From Bacteroidota bacterium (GTDB lineage: Bacteria > Bacteroidota > Bacteroidia > Bacteroidales > DTGW01): a stretch of 64,000 nucleotides of DNA. The notes under the pieces are model-generated. The model searched no databases and was not told where the DNA came from. It saw only the letters and a list, made by a program, of their open reading frames with translations. Numbering within the stretch: position 1 is the stretch's first letter; each line of letters begins with the position of its first letter. This document shows, piece by piece, positions 1 to 9,604 of the stretch. The DNA lies in contig JAKPGM010000075.1 in the NCBI GenBank assembly GCA_029550865.1, positions 952-64,951 of the forward strand, given 5' to 3'. Made by a program: the position numbers and the translations under genes.

Positions 1-1
1 T

Positions 2-640
2 TCCGATGATTGTGAGACATGCGATACGTGTAAAATTGATACAGAAGAGGTTTCATTAGCCTTTATACAGTCGTTACCCGAGATACGCGAAAAGTTATCG
101 AAAGATGTAAAAGCCATGTATATGTACGATCCAGCCTCGAAAGGGTATGGCGAAATTATCTTTGCCTATCCTGGCATTAAGGCATTGACCTATTATAGGG
201 TAGCGCATCGTTTGCATGAGTTGCAGGTACCAATCATTCCTCGTATTATTTCGGAGATGGCCCACAGCGCTACGGGTATAGATATACACCCGGGGGCGCA
301 GATAGGAGAAAGTTTTGTCATCGACCATGGTACCGGCGTGGTTATCGGGGAAACCTGTATTATAGGTAACAATGTTCGTATCTATCAGGGAGTTACGTTG
401 GGTGCCCGTAGCTTTAAGCTCGATAGCGAAGGTAACCCGATGCGTGGATTACCCCGTCATCCTATTGTTGAAGATGATGTTGTGATATATTCTGGCGCTA
501 CTATCCTGGGACGTGTTACTATTGGAAAAGGTTCTGTTGTTGGTGGTAACGTATGGATAACCCAGGATTTACCCCCCTATTCAAAAGTAGTTCAAGGCAG
601 ACCCCGTGAAACACTTTTTGAGTTTGGTGGTGGAATTTGA
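2..640 (+). CDS. cysE: serine O-acetyltransferase, 5' end outside window
   Basis: The frame is open from nt 2 with no upstream stop, so the listed ORF 116..640 is only the distal part. Hexapeptide-repeat core DIHPGAQIGESFVIDHGTGVVIGETCIIGNNVRIYQGVTLG aligns with the E. coli CysE core. Confidence 0.85.
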   Translation, partial: SDDCETCDTCKIDTEEVSLAFIQSLPEIREKLSKDVKAMYMYDPASKGYGEIIFAYPGIKALTYYRVAHRLHELQVPIIPRIISEMAHSATGIDIHPGAQIGESFVIDHGTGVVIGETCIIGNNVRIYQGVTLGARSFKLDSEGNPMRGLPRHPIVEDDVVIYSGATILGRVTIGKGSVVGGNVWITQDLPPYSKVVQGRPRETLFEFGGGI

Positions 641-644
641 TCAG

Positions 645-1148
645 TTATGCTTTCTTTTCTGCGTTTGTGCTATTGAGCTCAAGTGTTTTCATTGGCATCA
701 CTTCTTCACCATTGTCATTGCTATACCCATAAATGTATAGGGTGTGGTGCGAAGGAGTAAAATTATTCATTTCGCAGGCCGTTTTGATAATGAGCTGTAT
801 GCGAGGATCGCAAAACTCTATCACTTTACCCGTTCGCATGTCTACCAGATGATCGTGCTGCAAACATTGGAAGGCACGTTCGAATTGGGCTATGTTCTTC
901 CCAAATTGATGTTTAACTACCAGATTGGCATCTAAAAGCAATTCCATAGTATTGTACAGGGTAGCCCTACTGACGCGGTAGTTTTTGTTTTTCATGAAAA
1001 CATACAGGCTCTCTATATCAAAATGCCCTGTACGAGAGTATATTTCATCCAGAATAGCATAGCGTTCTGGAGTTTTGCGGTGCCCTTTTCTTTCTAAATA
1101 TTCAGTAAAAAGTTTTTTTACCGTTTCCTTCACTTCTTCGTTTACCAT
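645..1148 (-). CDS. Fur-family metal-responsive transcriptional repressor
   Basis: 167 aa. Winged-helix N-terminus [35 protein letters not shown] is typical of Fur/PerR-like proteins. Convergent with cysE, 4 nt apart. Confidence 0.7.
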   Translation of the reverse strand: MVNEEVKETVKKLFTEYLERKGHRKTPERYAILDEIYSRTGHFDIESLYVFMKNKNYRVSRATLYNTMELLLDANLVVKHQFGKNIAQFERAFQCLQHDHLVDMRTGKVIEFCDPRIQLIIKTACEMNNFTPSHHTLYIYGYSNDNGEEVMPMKTLELNSTNAEKKA

Positions 1149-1211
1149 GGCTCTTATAATTTTTCCAATCGGCTAATTTAATCAATTTTTATTTATTCTA
1201 AATAAAAAATA

Positions 1212-2330
1212 TTAAAACTTTTCCATTTTTACAGCATGATTGTTTTCTACATGAAATACATGATGTCCGTTACTTACTCGTTTGAGGATGGGCATCAGGT
1301 GATTGATATCGGTATCGGTAATAAAAATTTGTCCCGAGAGGCTATTCTGGGTAAGATCGATGAGGCGTTCGACCCGCTGATGATCAAATTTGTCGAACAA
1401 GTCGTCGAGCAGCAACAATGGCTTTTTCTGGCTATGTTTGTATATTAGGCTGTATTCGGCTAACTTAAGCGCCACCAGAAATGTTTTTTGCTGTCCCTGT
1501 GAGGCTATGCGTTTTGCGGGAATACCATCGATGAGCAACAATAGATCGTCCTTGTGGATGCCTACTGAAGTATGTTCAAGTTGCCTGTCTTTAGAAAAAT
1601 TCTTTCGCAATAATTGTAGCAAATCCTCCTCATGGAGTTGCGATTGATACGATAAATCTACAGCCTCTGCCTTCCCTGCTATTTGTTGGTACATTTCCAG
1701 GAAGATGGGACGAAATTCGTCGATAAATGTCTTCCTTTCGGTATAAATTATTTTGCCTGCATTAACAAGCTGTTCATCATATATATCAAACATTTCGAGC
1801 AGTGGTGAAGACGACTGGCCGGCAATATCTTTCAGCAAGCGATTTCGTTGTTGTAAAGTCCGGTTGTATAGAATCAATTGTTCCAGATAATTTTTATTGT
1901 ATTGCGATATGATCGTGTCAATTAATCGACGACGTTCTTCGCTTCCTTCCGTAATTAAGGTGCTGTCGTTAGGGGTAATCATTACTACCGGAATAAGACC
2001 AATATGTTCTGAAAGTCGATCGTATTCTTTCTTATTGCGTTTTACAATTTTTCGTCCGTTCTTTTTGTAGCTACAGAGGATTTCTTCGGTATAACCAGTC
2101 TGGGTAATATATTCCCCCTGTACTACAAATAACTCCTCGTTATGCCGGATGTTGTATTGATCGATGTTACTGAAGTACGAACGGCACATCGATAGATAGT
2201 AAATAGCATCGAGCAGGTTGGTTTTTCCTACCCCGTTGTTTCCTACAAAGCAATTAATCCGGTCGGAAAATTCAATGGCCAATTGCTCGTAGTTTTTGAA
2301 ATTTACCAACGATAGCTTGCTAAGAATCAA
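1212..2330 (-). CDS. recF: DNA replication and repair protein RecF
   Basis: 372 aa. N-terminal Walker A FVGNNGVGKTNLLDAIYYLS, ABC/SMC-like signature SQGQQKT and Walker B LLLLDD. The start appears to be TTG at 2330. Confidence 0.9.
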   Translation of the reverse strand: MILSKLSLVNFKNYEQLAIEFSDRINCFVGNNGVGKTNLLDAIYYLSMCRSYFSNIDQYNIRHNEELFVVQGEYITQTGYTEEILCSYKKNGRKIVKRNKKEYDRLSEHIGLIPVVMITPNDSTLITEGSEERRRLIDTIISQYNKNYLEQLILYNRTLQQRNRLLKDIAGQSSSPLLEMFDIYDEQLVNAGKIIYTERKTFIDEFRPIFLEMYQQIAGKAEAVDLSYQSQLHEEDLLQLLRKNFSKDRQLEHTSVGIHKDDLLLLIDGIPAKRIASQGQQKTFLVALKLAEYSLIYKHSQKKPLLLLDDLFDKFDHQRVERLIDLTQNSLSGQIFITDTDINHLMPILKRVSNGHHVFHVENNHAVKMEKF

Positions 2331-2356
2331 TTTTATATGTTTTGCCGAATTCGCAG

Positions 2357-2364
2357 CAAAGATA
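2357..2364 (-). promoter_or_regulatory. candidate Bacteroidota -7 promoter element (TAnnTTTG) for recF
   Basis: Minus-strand TATCTTTG lies 27 nt upstream of the recF start. Confidence 0.4.
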
Positions 2365-2513
2365 GATAAAAGACGGCTAATAAAGCATGGCTGTAAAAAT
2401 AGATTTTATGCCGTGTCGTTAGTTATAGAAATTAATAGTGCTCCTAAAGGATAAAAAAAATGATAGAAGCTCTTGTAATATTCGTTAGTCTCATTAACTT
2501 TGCAGCGAAAAAT

Positions 2514-2587
2514 CGGGGTGTGGCGCAGTTGGCTAGCGCGCCTGCTTTGGGAGCAGGAGGCCCCTGGTTCGAGTCCAGGTACCCCGA
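2514..2587 (+). tRNA. tRNA-Pro (anticodon TGG)
   Basis: Hand-folded cloverleaf. Acceptor CGGGGTG/TACCCCG, anticodon arm CCTGC-TTTGGGA-GCAGG, T-loop GGTTCGAGTCC. No encoded CCA. Confidence 0.9.
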
Positions 2588-2917
2588 CAATACATCAAAG
2601 CTGAATTTTAATATTGGTTAGTAGGTATGCATGTTCTAATTCAGCTTGATTTCTAAATAGGCATGTTCATTTAAGCAAAGGGTACATCCCACACTTTAGT
2701 AAAATTCAAATCAATTCGTAATACATACATTAAAAAGGCTTCCAATTATAGCAACTTATTATTGTTATGATTTTCCCGAAATGTTGAAGTCCCATTGTTT
2801 TTGATTATTACTCCATTGAGACGTGCGCTTCGATGCGTCTATCCGTTATTTAGACTTGTCTTCTAGCGTTTTAACCAAAAGTTGCATGTTATATTTATCC
2901 CAAAAGTTATAGACTGT

Positions 2918-3194
2918 TGAAACGAGCATGTATAGCAGTATTCACAAACGAGTATGAAAATATTTATCATTTTCGTACTTGCCATGTGTAGGAACCTCAC
3001 CACATGCGAGTTCCATCCGGCCTTTTAAGAAAAATTTTTAAAATTATTTTCGGATGAAACGAGCATGTATGGCAGTATTCACAAACGAGTATGAAAATAA
3101 TTTATCAGTTTCGTACTTGCCTATGTGTAGAAAGCTCATCACATGCGAGTTCCATCCGGCCTTTTAAGAAAAATTTTTAAAATTATTTTCGGAT
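2918..3194. repeat. tandem direct duplication, two units of about 137 and 139 bp
   Basis: Unit 1 is 2918-3054 and unit 2 is 3055-3193. Both begin TGAAACGAGCATGTAT and end ATTATTTTCGGA. I count 5 substitutions and 2 single-nt indels between them. Confidence 0.9.
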
Positions 3195-3308
3195 GAAATT
3201 ATTTTGCTTGTTGCTAATTTTTTGGGCTTCTTGGTATGTTTTTTGATAAATTTAAAAATGTAACAACAATTCAAAAAATGGTTAAATATTTTAATTTATT
3301 TGTGAAAT

Positions 3309-3316
3309 TATATTTG
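3309..3316 (+). promoter_or_regulatory. candidate -7 promoter element TATATTTG
   Basis: Matches TAnnTTTG. It lies 14 nt before ATG 3331 and overlaps/precedes TTG 3319, which argues against the TTG start. Confidence 0.35.
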
Positions 3317-3330
3317 ATTTGTTAAAAAGA

Positions 3331-4356
3331 ATGATATTTTTTTTAAAATATATAAAAATGATATTTGTATTCTTATTGTTTGGGTTATCAGGAATGTCTT
3401 TATGGTTATTATTGAGGAACCGGAAATTAATTACAAGGAACTTGAATCTGGTAAATGAGAAAGAACGAATGAGTAATGAGTTACAATTATTAAAAGAAGA
3501 GATAGCAGAGTTAATACAACAAAGAGATTCCTATAAAATATTAGCAGATCTGGTTATTCAAAGTCCTAATGCCATTATGCTAATGGACGATGATGGCAAT
3601 ATTCTGTGGATAAATGAGGGATTTACAAAAATGTATGAGTACAATTACAGCGAATTTACACGTGCACTTGGAAAGAATTACCGACAAACTTCGTTCAGTC
3701 CCAATGTCGAGGAACGAATTACTTTCATCAAAAAATTCAAACGTCCCTATCGTTATGAGGCCTTAAATATTACTAAAACTGGAAAGAAAATATGGACACA
3801 AACTGCGCTGGTTCCCGTAATTGATGAGAAGGGAAATATCCAGCATATGGCTACCATCGATACAGATATACATCAGCGTGTTACACGGAGTGATGAGTTA
3901 GTTCATAAGGTTGATATGATGATTGATAGTTTTGAGGGGTTAAGGGGGCAACTAACGGCTTTTCAGAATGAACTAAGTAATCTGTATCGGTCTATTGATA
4001 AGATGTATATGTTTATCGAGCGAACCGACCAGATTCTCGCATTTATTAAGGAAATATCGGAAAAGACAAAGATACTGGGCATTAATGCCTCCATTGAGGC
4101 ACACATGGCAGGTGAGCAGGGAAGGGGTTTTAGAGTTATTGCTAATGAAATTGTTAGTATTTCACACCATATTCTCGAGCGTATAGGGCAAATTTCTGAC
4201 ATTCTTGAGTCGTTAGCCCAACAACAGACTTTTATGATTACACAAAAAGATAATAGTGCCCAGACCTATGGTAATATCATGAGAACCATCGGTGACCTTC
4301 AGGTTGAACTCAGGAAGATTGAGTCCTCTATCGAAGAATTTAAGTCGCTTGCCTGA
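3331..4356 (+). CDS. membrane-anchored PAS sensor with methyl-accepting-chemotaxis-type signalling hairpin
   Basis: N-terminal TM helix (IFVFLLFGLSGMSLWLLL), coiled coil, then a PAS-like segment (NAIMLMDDDGNILWINEGFTKMYEY...). C-terminal MCP tip motif GINASIEAHMAGEQGRGFRVIANEIVSIS. The start could be TTG 3319, ATG 3331 or ATG 3358. Confidence 0.7.
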   Translation: MIFFLKYIKMIFVFLLFGLSGMSLWLLLRNRKLITRNLNLVNEKERMSNELQLLKEEIAELIQQRDSYKILADLVIQSPNAIMLMDDDGNILWINEGFTKMYEYNYSEFTRALGKNYRQTSFSPNVEERITFIKKFKRPYRYEALNITKTGKKIWTQTALVPVIDEKGNIQHMATIDTDIHQRVTRSDELVHKVDMMIDSFEGLRGQLTAFQNELSNLYRSIDKMYMFIERTDQILAFIKEISEKTKILGINASIEAHMAGEQGRGFRVIANEIVSISHHILERIGQISDILESLAQQQTFMITQKDNSAQTYGNIMRTIGDLQVELRKIESSIEEFKSLA

Positions 4357-4361
4357 ATAGG

Positions 4362-6125
4362 TTAGCAATTCTTCTCGTCAGTTACCACTTTAATTCGCAG
4401 TTCATTGAGCTGGGCCTCGGTAAGATAGGATGGGGAATCAAGCATAAGGTCGCGGCCTGCGTTATTTTTGGGAAATGCTATCACATCGCGGATGCTTTCG
4501 AGTCCGGCAAAAAGACTTACCAATCGGTCGAAACCAAAAGCTATACCCGCGTGAGGGGGTGCCCCATACTGGAAGGCGTTCATGAGAAAACCAAACTGAT
4601 ATTCTGCTTCTTCGCGTGTAAAGCCCAGTGCTTCGAACATTTTGGCCTGAAGATCCTTCTGGTGAATACGTACCGAACCTCCACCGACTTCTACTCCGTT
4701 GATTACCATATCGTAAGCTTTTGCACGTATTTTGGATGGATCGGTGTTGAAAAGGGGAATATCTTCGTCCACGGGGGCAGTAAAGGGATGATGCATGGCA
4801 AAATAGCGCTGCATTTCTTCATCCCATTCAAGCAATGGAAAATCGATTACCCAAAGGGGCGCATAAATATCCTGCTTTCGTAAGCCTAACCTATCACCCA
4901 TTTCAAGTCGCAAATTACCCAGGGCTTTCAACGTTTTTTCCCGTGCTCCGCTGAGGATTAGTAGCAGATCGCCAGGCTTTGCACCGGCAGCTTCGAGCCA
5001 TATACGTAGTTCGTCAGCGGTGTAAAACTTGTCGATCGAAGATTTAATGCTGCCGTCGCTCTGATATTTGACGTATACCATACCCGAAGCGCCTATCTGG
5101 GGTCGTTTTACGAATTCGGTCAGCGCGTCAATTTCTTTTCGGGAATAGTCGGCACAGCCAGTAGCATTGATTCCACCAATGTATTCGGCCTGGTCGAAAA
5201 TGCCAAATCCTTTTCCTTTAGCCTTCGAGGTAAGCTCCACAATTTTCATGTCGAAGCGGATGTCGGGCTTGTCGCTTCCGAAGTAAGCCATGGCATCGGC
5301 GTAGCTCATGCGTTGAAAGGGTTCAGTAAAGTCGATGCCTTTGATGGTTTTGAATAGGTGCTTGATTAGTCCTTCAAAAGTGACAAGGATATCGTCGCGG
5401 TCGACAAACGACATTTCGCAGTCGATCTGGGTAAATTCGGGTTGACGATCGGCTCGTAGATCTTCGTCCCTGAAACATTTTACAATTTGGAAGTAGCGAT
5501 CGTAGCCGGCTACCATGAGTATTTGCTTGAGTGTTTGGGGCGACTGGGGTAGGGCATAAAATTGACCCGGGTTCATACGCGAGGGTACTACAAAGTCGCG
5601 GGCACCCTCGGGGGTCGATTTCATCAGCACGGGCGTTTCTATTTCAATGAATTGCTGCCCATCGAGATATCGACGTACCTCCTGCGCCATGCGATGGCGT
5701 AGCAGTAAGTTGTTTTTTAATGGATTACGTCGTAGGTCAAGGTATCGGTATTTCATTCGTAGTTCTTCCCCACCATCCGTTTCATCTTCAATAGTAAAAG
5801 GCGGAATAGCTGAGGGGTTGATAATTTTTAAGGTTTCGACCAAAATTTCAATGTCGCCTGTCGCGAGCCTGGGATTTTTGTTTTCGCGTTCGGCTACGGT
5901 GCCTATTACCTGAATCACATATTCGCGACCAAGGGCACGAGCTTCCTCACATAGCTGGCTATTCTTTTCCATGTTGAATACCAGCTGGGTAATTCCATAA
6001 CGGTCGCGCAGGTCGATGAAGGTCATGCCTCCTAAATTTCTAATACGTTGAATCCAGCCAGCCAGGGTAACTTGTTGACCGACATTTTTCATCGTAAGCT
6101 CGCCACAGGTATGGGTTCGGTACAT
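4362..6125 (-). CDS. aspS: aspartate--tRNA ligase
   Basis: Class II aaRS motifs ([18 protein letters not shown]; GGGSVRIH; GIAFGFDRL). The canonical N-terminus [10 protein letters not shown] starts at ATG 6125. The TTG at 6155 lies inside the predicted promoter motif. Confidence 0.93.
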   Translation of the reverse strand: MYRTHTCGELTMKNVGQQVTLAGWIQRIRNLGGMTFIDLRDRYGITQLVFNMEKNSQLCEEARALGREYVIQVIGTVAERENKNPRLATGDIEILVETLKIINPSAIPPFTIEDETDGGEELRMKYRYLDLRRNPLKNNLLLRHRMAQEVRRYLDGQQFIEIETPVLMKSTPEGARDFVVPSRMNPGQFYALPQSPQTLKQILMVAGYDRYFQIVKCFRDEDLRADRQPEFTQIDCEMSFVDRDDILVTFEGLIKHLFKTIKGIDFTEPFQRMSYADAMAYFGSDKPDIRFDMKIVELTSKAKGKGFGIFDQAEYIGGINATGCADYSRKEIDALTEFVKRPQIGASGMVYVKYQSDGSIKSSIDKFYTADELRIWLEAAGAKPGDLLLILSGAREKTLKALGNLRLEMGDRLGLRKQDIYAPLWVIDFPLLEWDEEMQRYFAMHHPFTAPVDEDIPLFNTDPSKIRAKAYDMVINGVEVGGGSVRIHQKDLQAKMFEALGFTREEAEYQFGFLMNAFQYGAPPHAGIAFGFDRLVSLFAGLESIRDVIAFPKNNAGRDLMLDSPSYLTEAQLNELRIKVVTDEKNC

Positions 6126-6152
6126 AGGTAAATTGTTTTGATGAATGGTTTG

Positions 6153-6160
6153 CAAATTTA
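6153..6160 (-). promoter_or_regulatory. candidate -7 promoter element for aspS
   Basis: Minus-strand TAAATTTG lies 28 nt upstream of ATG 6125. Confidence 0.4.
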
Positions 6161-6197
6161 GCTGAATCTTTTTTGTACTAATGCATTTGGCATAAAA

Positions 6198-7007
6198 TTA
6201 TTCTGCTTTATCCAGGTAACCAGTGTCAATCTTCGCCTTATTTTCATATTGGTTGGGAATATAATGAGGCATTTTAAGGTAAAATGGATAAGTAAGCTGT
6301 CGGTAGGCTTCGGTGGGTTCTTGCGGGTTATTTTCGTAAAGCGTAAGGCTGTCTTCCTCGATGGGTTGAGGCTCTTTGCCGAAAGTGACAAGACTCCGAA
6401 TGAATGGCGATTGAGTGGTCGAACGTACGCTGGTGTAGCGGATACAAAATAATTCCCGTTTTAAGCACTCCCGTATAAAATAATCTTTTTCAGCAAAGGG
6501 GATAATTACCGAAAGTTTTCCTTTATCCGACAGTATGGCTGCTGCCCCCTCTATCAGTTCGCTAAAACTAAGCAAATGGGCGTGTTTAGCAATTGTGCGA
6601 TGTGGATGGGGGGATTGTAAATCTTGCTGATAGAAGGGTGGATTGGATACGATATGGTCGTATTTTATTAAGGTCTGCTGAACAAATTCTTGAAAACTTA
6701 GATGAAAGGTATAGATACGGTCTGCCCATGGGCTTCTGCGTATGTTATCGAGTCCCTGCTGGTGGCTTTCGTAGTCAATCTCAACGGCTTCGATGGTGCA
6801 GTTAGGGTTGCGTTGTGCAATCATAAGACTTACGATTCCGCTACCCGAACCGACATCAAGTAGATGTTGGTCATTGTTCACGTCAACCCATGCCCCCAGC
6901 AGTACGCTGTCGGTGCTCAGTGGCATTGCACATCGGTCGTGATATATGGTAAACTGCTTAAATACAAAAGGTCGTCTTTGCTTATGCCGTGTAGGGGTCA
7001 TGGTCAA
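6198..7007 (-). CDS. tRNA1(Val) adenine37-N6 methyltransferase-like SAM-dependent methyltransferase (TrmN6/YfiC family)
   Basis: FKQFTIYHDRCAMPLSTDSVLLGAW N-terminus, SAM motif LLDVGSGSGIVSLM, and catalytic NPPF (IVSNPPFY). Confidence 0.75.
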   Translation of the reverse strand: MTMTPTRHKQRRPFVFKQFTIYHDRCAMPLSTDSVLLGAWVDVNNDQHLLDVGSGSGIVSLMIAQRNPNCTIEAVEIDYESHQQGLDNIRRSPWADRIYTFHLSFQEFVQQTLIKYDHIVSNPPFYQQDLQSPHPHRTIAKHAHLLSFSELIEGAAAILSDKGKLSVIIPFAEKDYFIRECLKRELFCIRYTSVRSTTQSPFIRSLVTFGKEPQPIEEDSLTLYENNPQEPTEAYRQLTYPFYLKMPHYIPNQYENKAKIDTGYLDKAE

Positions 7008-7780
7008 TTAATTAACAACGTACCAACCCCCGTGACCTTTGAGGGTTCTACTTGTATCTCTTCTATAATCTTTGTGGGTGTGGCATCTTCCTCATCTTCC
7101 GATATCAATAGCCAGAGCGAATACTTGCCAGGGCGTACATAAAGTATGTGAAAGAATCCATCTTTTTGTGGAAGTGTGCTTAAAGTATCTGAGGTCGAAA
7201 TGAGCCAAACAAAGGGCATTTTTCCCAATGTCTTTACCTTTCCCCTTACAGAGCCAGTGCTATCGGCAGTTCGTAACTTTACTACCGGATTTAGTTCCCA
7301 GGTGTCTTTCCGCTTTTGTAAAGAAAAGTAACAATCAAAATCAAGGTAAAGCTTGTTGAGTTCTGCATTTTTAAGCACAATGGCTTTATTGAGCAGGAGG
7401 GTATAAATGCTATCTTTTAGGTTAATGGCTATACTTTTATTTTTTCGGTAGAGGGTATGTGATGATCCAAAAGTGATGGTAATACGTTCCAACGAAGGGG
7501 CATTGAAAAAGAATTCGCCTAACAATGTATCTTTTTCGTTGGTATATTGCAGGATGTTAATGGGTTTTGCCTGTTTAACTGTAATTTTCTCACTATATCG
7601 AGAGCTGTCGGAGATGAGTTCAATTGAAAAAATACGGATGAGAAGCGAATCGAAGTCAGCCGGACTATCCTTTAGGTATAGCTGAATGCGGGCATAGGGT
7701 TCTTTTTCTTTTTTACAGCCCGTTGCTATCATCAATGTACTAAGTATGATTAGCTGACAAATATTTTTAATCTTTTGCAT
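7004..7780 (-). CDS. DUF4382-like lipoprotein with C-terminal carboxypeptidase-regulatory-like domain
   Basis: Lipobox LMIATGC. The pattern IQLYLKDSPADFDSLLIRIFSIEL resembles the DUF4382 N-terminus. C-terminus GSVRGKV...DGFFHILYVRPGKYSLWL. Its stop overlaps the downstream methyltransferase start by 4 nt. Confidence 0.55.
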   Translation of the reverse strand: MQKIKNICQLIILSTLMIATGCKKEKEPYARIQLYLKDSPADFDSLLIRIFSIELISDSSRYSEKITVKQAKPINILQYTNEKDTLLGEFFFNAPSLERITITFGSSHTLYRKNKSIAINLKDSIYTLLLNKAIVLKNAELNKLYLDFDCYFSLQKRKDTWELNPVVKLRTADSTGSVRGKVKTLGKMPFVWLISTSDTLSTLPQKDGFFHILYVRPGKYSLWLLISEDEEDATPTKIIEEIQVEPSKVTGVGTLLIN

Positions 7781-7840
7781 AATAACGCACACTTATTATG
7801 CAAAGTAACACTATTTCAGCTTAAAATGAAAATATTTAGT

Positions 7841-8506
7841 TTATTTAAAGGAGTTTTCGGGTGGGCTGCATGAATTTTTACAATAGCCATAGATAGTGCT
7901 GTAATAGGTTTTTGTCAGGAAAGTTTTTGGGGTTGTGAAGGCGGAAGCCGAACCACAGTTTGAGATACAACCTCCACAGAATTGTAAGGCATAACTATGA
8001 CTTGTTGTCAATAAAAATCCTGTATTGTACCATTCCCCCGGAATAGCATTATCTAAGTTTCGGCAGTTTTGATCAATGACAATGTAGCTTGCATTGCAAC
8101 CATCAAAAAAATTGGGGCAAAGATATATCATCAGGGTGGCTGATTCGTAGGTAGGCACATAGATGATGTTGGAGGGTTCCGATTCACCTGATATATTCCA
8201 TGCTGTTACCCGGAAGGATGGGTGAGGATATACCTGATTTACATTCATTTCGTATGTGGTAACATTGGCAGGCGTACGCCAGATAGTTACCCAATCATCG
8301 TCGAAGTCGCTTTTGCGTTCGATACGAAACTCGTCCTCGTTGGTTGAGTTATCCTGCCAGGTTAGAACAAGTTTCTGCGAAGTTACAGAATACTGAAGAT
8401 TATCTGGTGCAGCGGGTAGGTTGCCTGTCGTATTTTCTTTATTATCGCAAGCATTCAATGCGAATATGAGGAGTATTGCTATAATATCCAATAATGCAGT
8501 TCTCAT
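7841..8506 (-). CDS. lipoprotein with fibronectin type III-like domain and Cys-rich C-terminal region
   Basis: Lipobox FALNAC from ATG 8506. PDNLQYSVTSQKLVLTWQDNSTNEDEFRIERK is FN3-like. The C-terminal third carries 10 cysteines. Confidence 0.5.
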   Translation of the reverse strand: MRTALLDIIAILLIFALNACDNKENTTGNLPAAPDNLQYSVTSQKLVLTWQDNSTNEDEFRIERKSDFDDDWVTIWRTPANVTTYEMNVNQVYPHPSFRVTAWNISGESEPSNIIYVPTYESATLMIYLCPNFFDGCNASYIVIDQNCRNLDNAIPGEWYNTGFLLTTSHSYALQFCGGCISNCGSASAFTTPKTFLTKTYYSTIYGYCKNSCSPPENSFK

Positions 8507-8559
8507 GGTAAAAATTTTTTTAACCACCTTAAAAAGGTGAATTTTTGAAAAATCAACAT

Positions 8560-9120
8560 TTATTCTATCGTAGAGCTATTAAATTTTCGGAGTAACTTAA
8601 AGGCTTTAGTATCGGAAACGCGTCCGCCCCAGACAGCAGAAGAATTGATGATTTCACCTTCCATACCATCGGGAGTATAGGTGAAATGAAATATCTCATG
8701 TCCCGAAAAGTCTTCTCCCTTATCGATGTAAAACTCGAAATCGCCCGAAGGAAGTTTGCTTACAGAAGTTACATTTTCCCAGTTACAGAGTAAGTCAACC
8801 GACCCGTACAGGCCAAGCCTGGAGGAATAGCCGAAGTTGCCAGCCGACAGAAACGGTTCGGGAATAGCGCCTTCTACACCTTCAAGATATTCATTACGCG
8901 CATCGTATAAGCCAAATTCAACGCTGATAGGATACCCATTGATGGGATTGTATTCCATTATCATGTATGGTTTTCCTACTACCTTTTGTAATGGTTGGTT
9001 GTTCATGTCGAGAATGTAATAATAGTTTTCAATATCGCCCTTCCAAAAAGAATATCGGTCGGTTTCTTTTTTGTCACTGGCACAGCTGCTTAATACAAAG
9101 AATATAAACCAATAGTACAT
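8560..9120 (-). CDS. hypothetical lipoprotein
   Basis: Signal/lipobox FIFFVLSSC if translation starts at ATG 9120. No recognisable domain. Confidence 0.45.
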   Translation of the reverse strand: MYYWFIFFVLSSCASDKKETDRYSFWKGDIENYYYILDMNNQPLQKVVGKPYMIMEYNPINGYPISVEFGLYDARNEYLEGVEGAIPEPFLSAGNFGYSSRLGLYGSVDLLCNWENVTSVSKLPSGDFEFYIDKGEDFSGHEIFHFTYTPDGMEGEIINSSAVWGGRVSDTKAFKLLRKFNSSTIE

Positions 9121-9551
9121 CCCTTTTGATAACCTGCGTAATTTACACAATGTGTAGGTGCTTGTTGTCTGATTCAACAGAGGTTGGGTGATAATTGAGA
9201 GCCATTTTTTCTTTTTCATGGTTTGCACGTTTTTGGGGAACTAAATCAAAAAAGCATCAATATATAATTTAGAGATTATTTTTACAATGATCAAATTGTC
9301 CTTTATTGCAAGGTATAAAAATAAATCATTTTTTGTATGTAATTAAAAATTTGGTTATGTTTTACAAAATAATACTTTATGTTAAAGTTGCTAAATGGCG
9401 TTTTTAAGTATAAGCAAGGTATGGTTTGAAAATCACCTGAATGGTTGGATGTCGAATACCAATACGGTTTGTATGGGCTTTATTAAGTCTTTTCCGGTAG
9501 ATGTATTGCCTGGCAAAAGGTCGGGATACTAATCATGTTGTTGTATGAAAG

Positions 9552-9580
9552 AAAAAAAACGCTGTCCTGTAGACAGCGTT
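9552..9580 (-). terminator. rho-independent terminator after the TonB-dependent receptor gene
   Basis: 8-bp perfect stem ACGCTGTC/GACAGCGT with a 5-nt loop, followed on the minus strand by a run of 8 T, about 25 nt after the stop at 9605. Confidence 0.75.
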
Positions 9581-9604
9581 TTAAAAGAAGAGGATGTGAT
9601 ATGA

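Noticed and set aside
2588-3318. A possible integrated element or attachment-site remnant next to tRNA-Pro.
   Set aside because: There is no integrase or transposase ORF, no duplicated tRNA 3' segment and no terminal inverted repeats. Only the tandem duplication, reported separately, was found.
9395-9532. A 45-codon ORF (MAFLSISKVWFENHLNGWMSNT...) in the 376-bp gap between the lipoprotein genes and the TonB receptor terminator.
   Set aside because: No motif, no promoter-like element at the right distance, and it could arise by chance in a gap of this size. Left uncalled.
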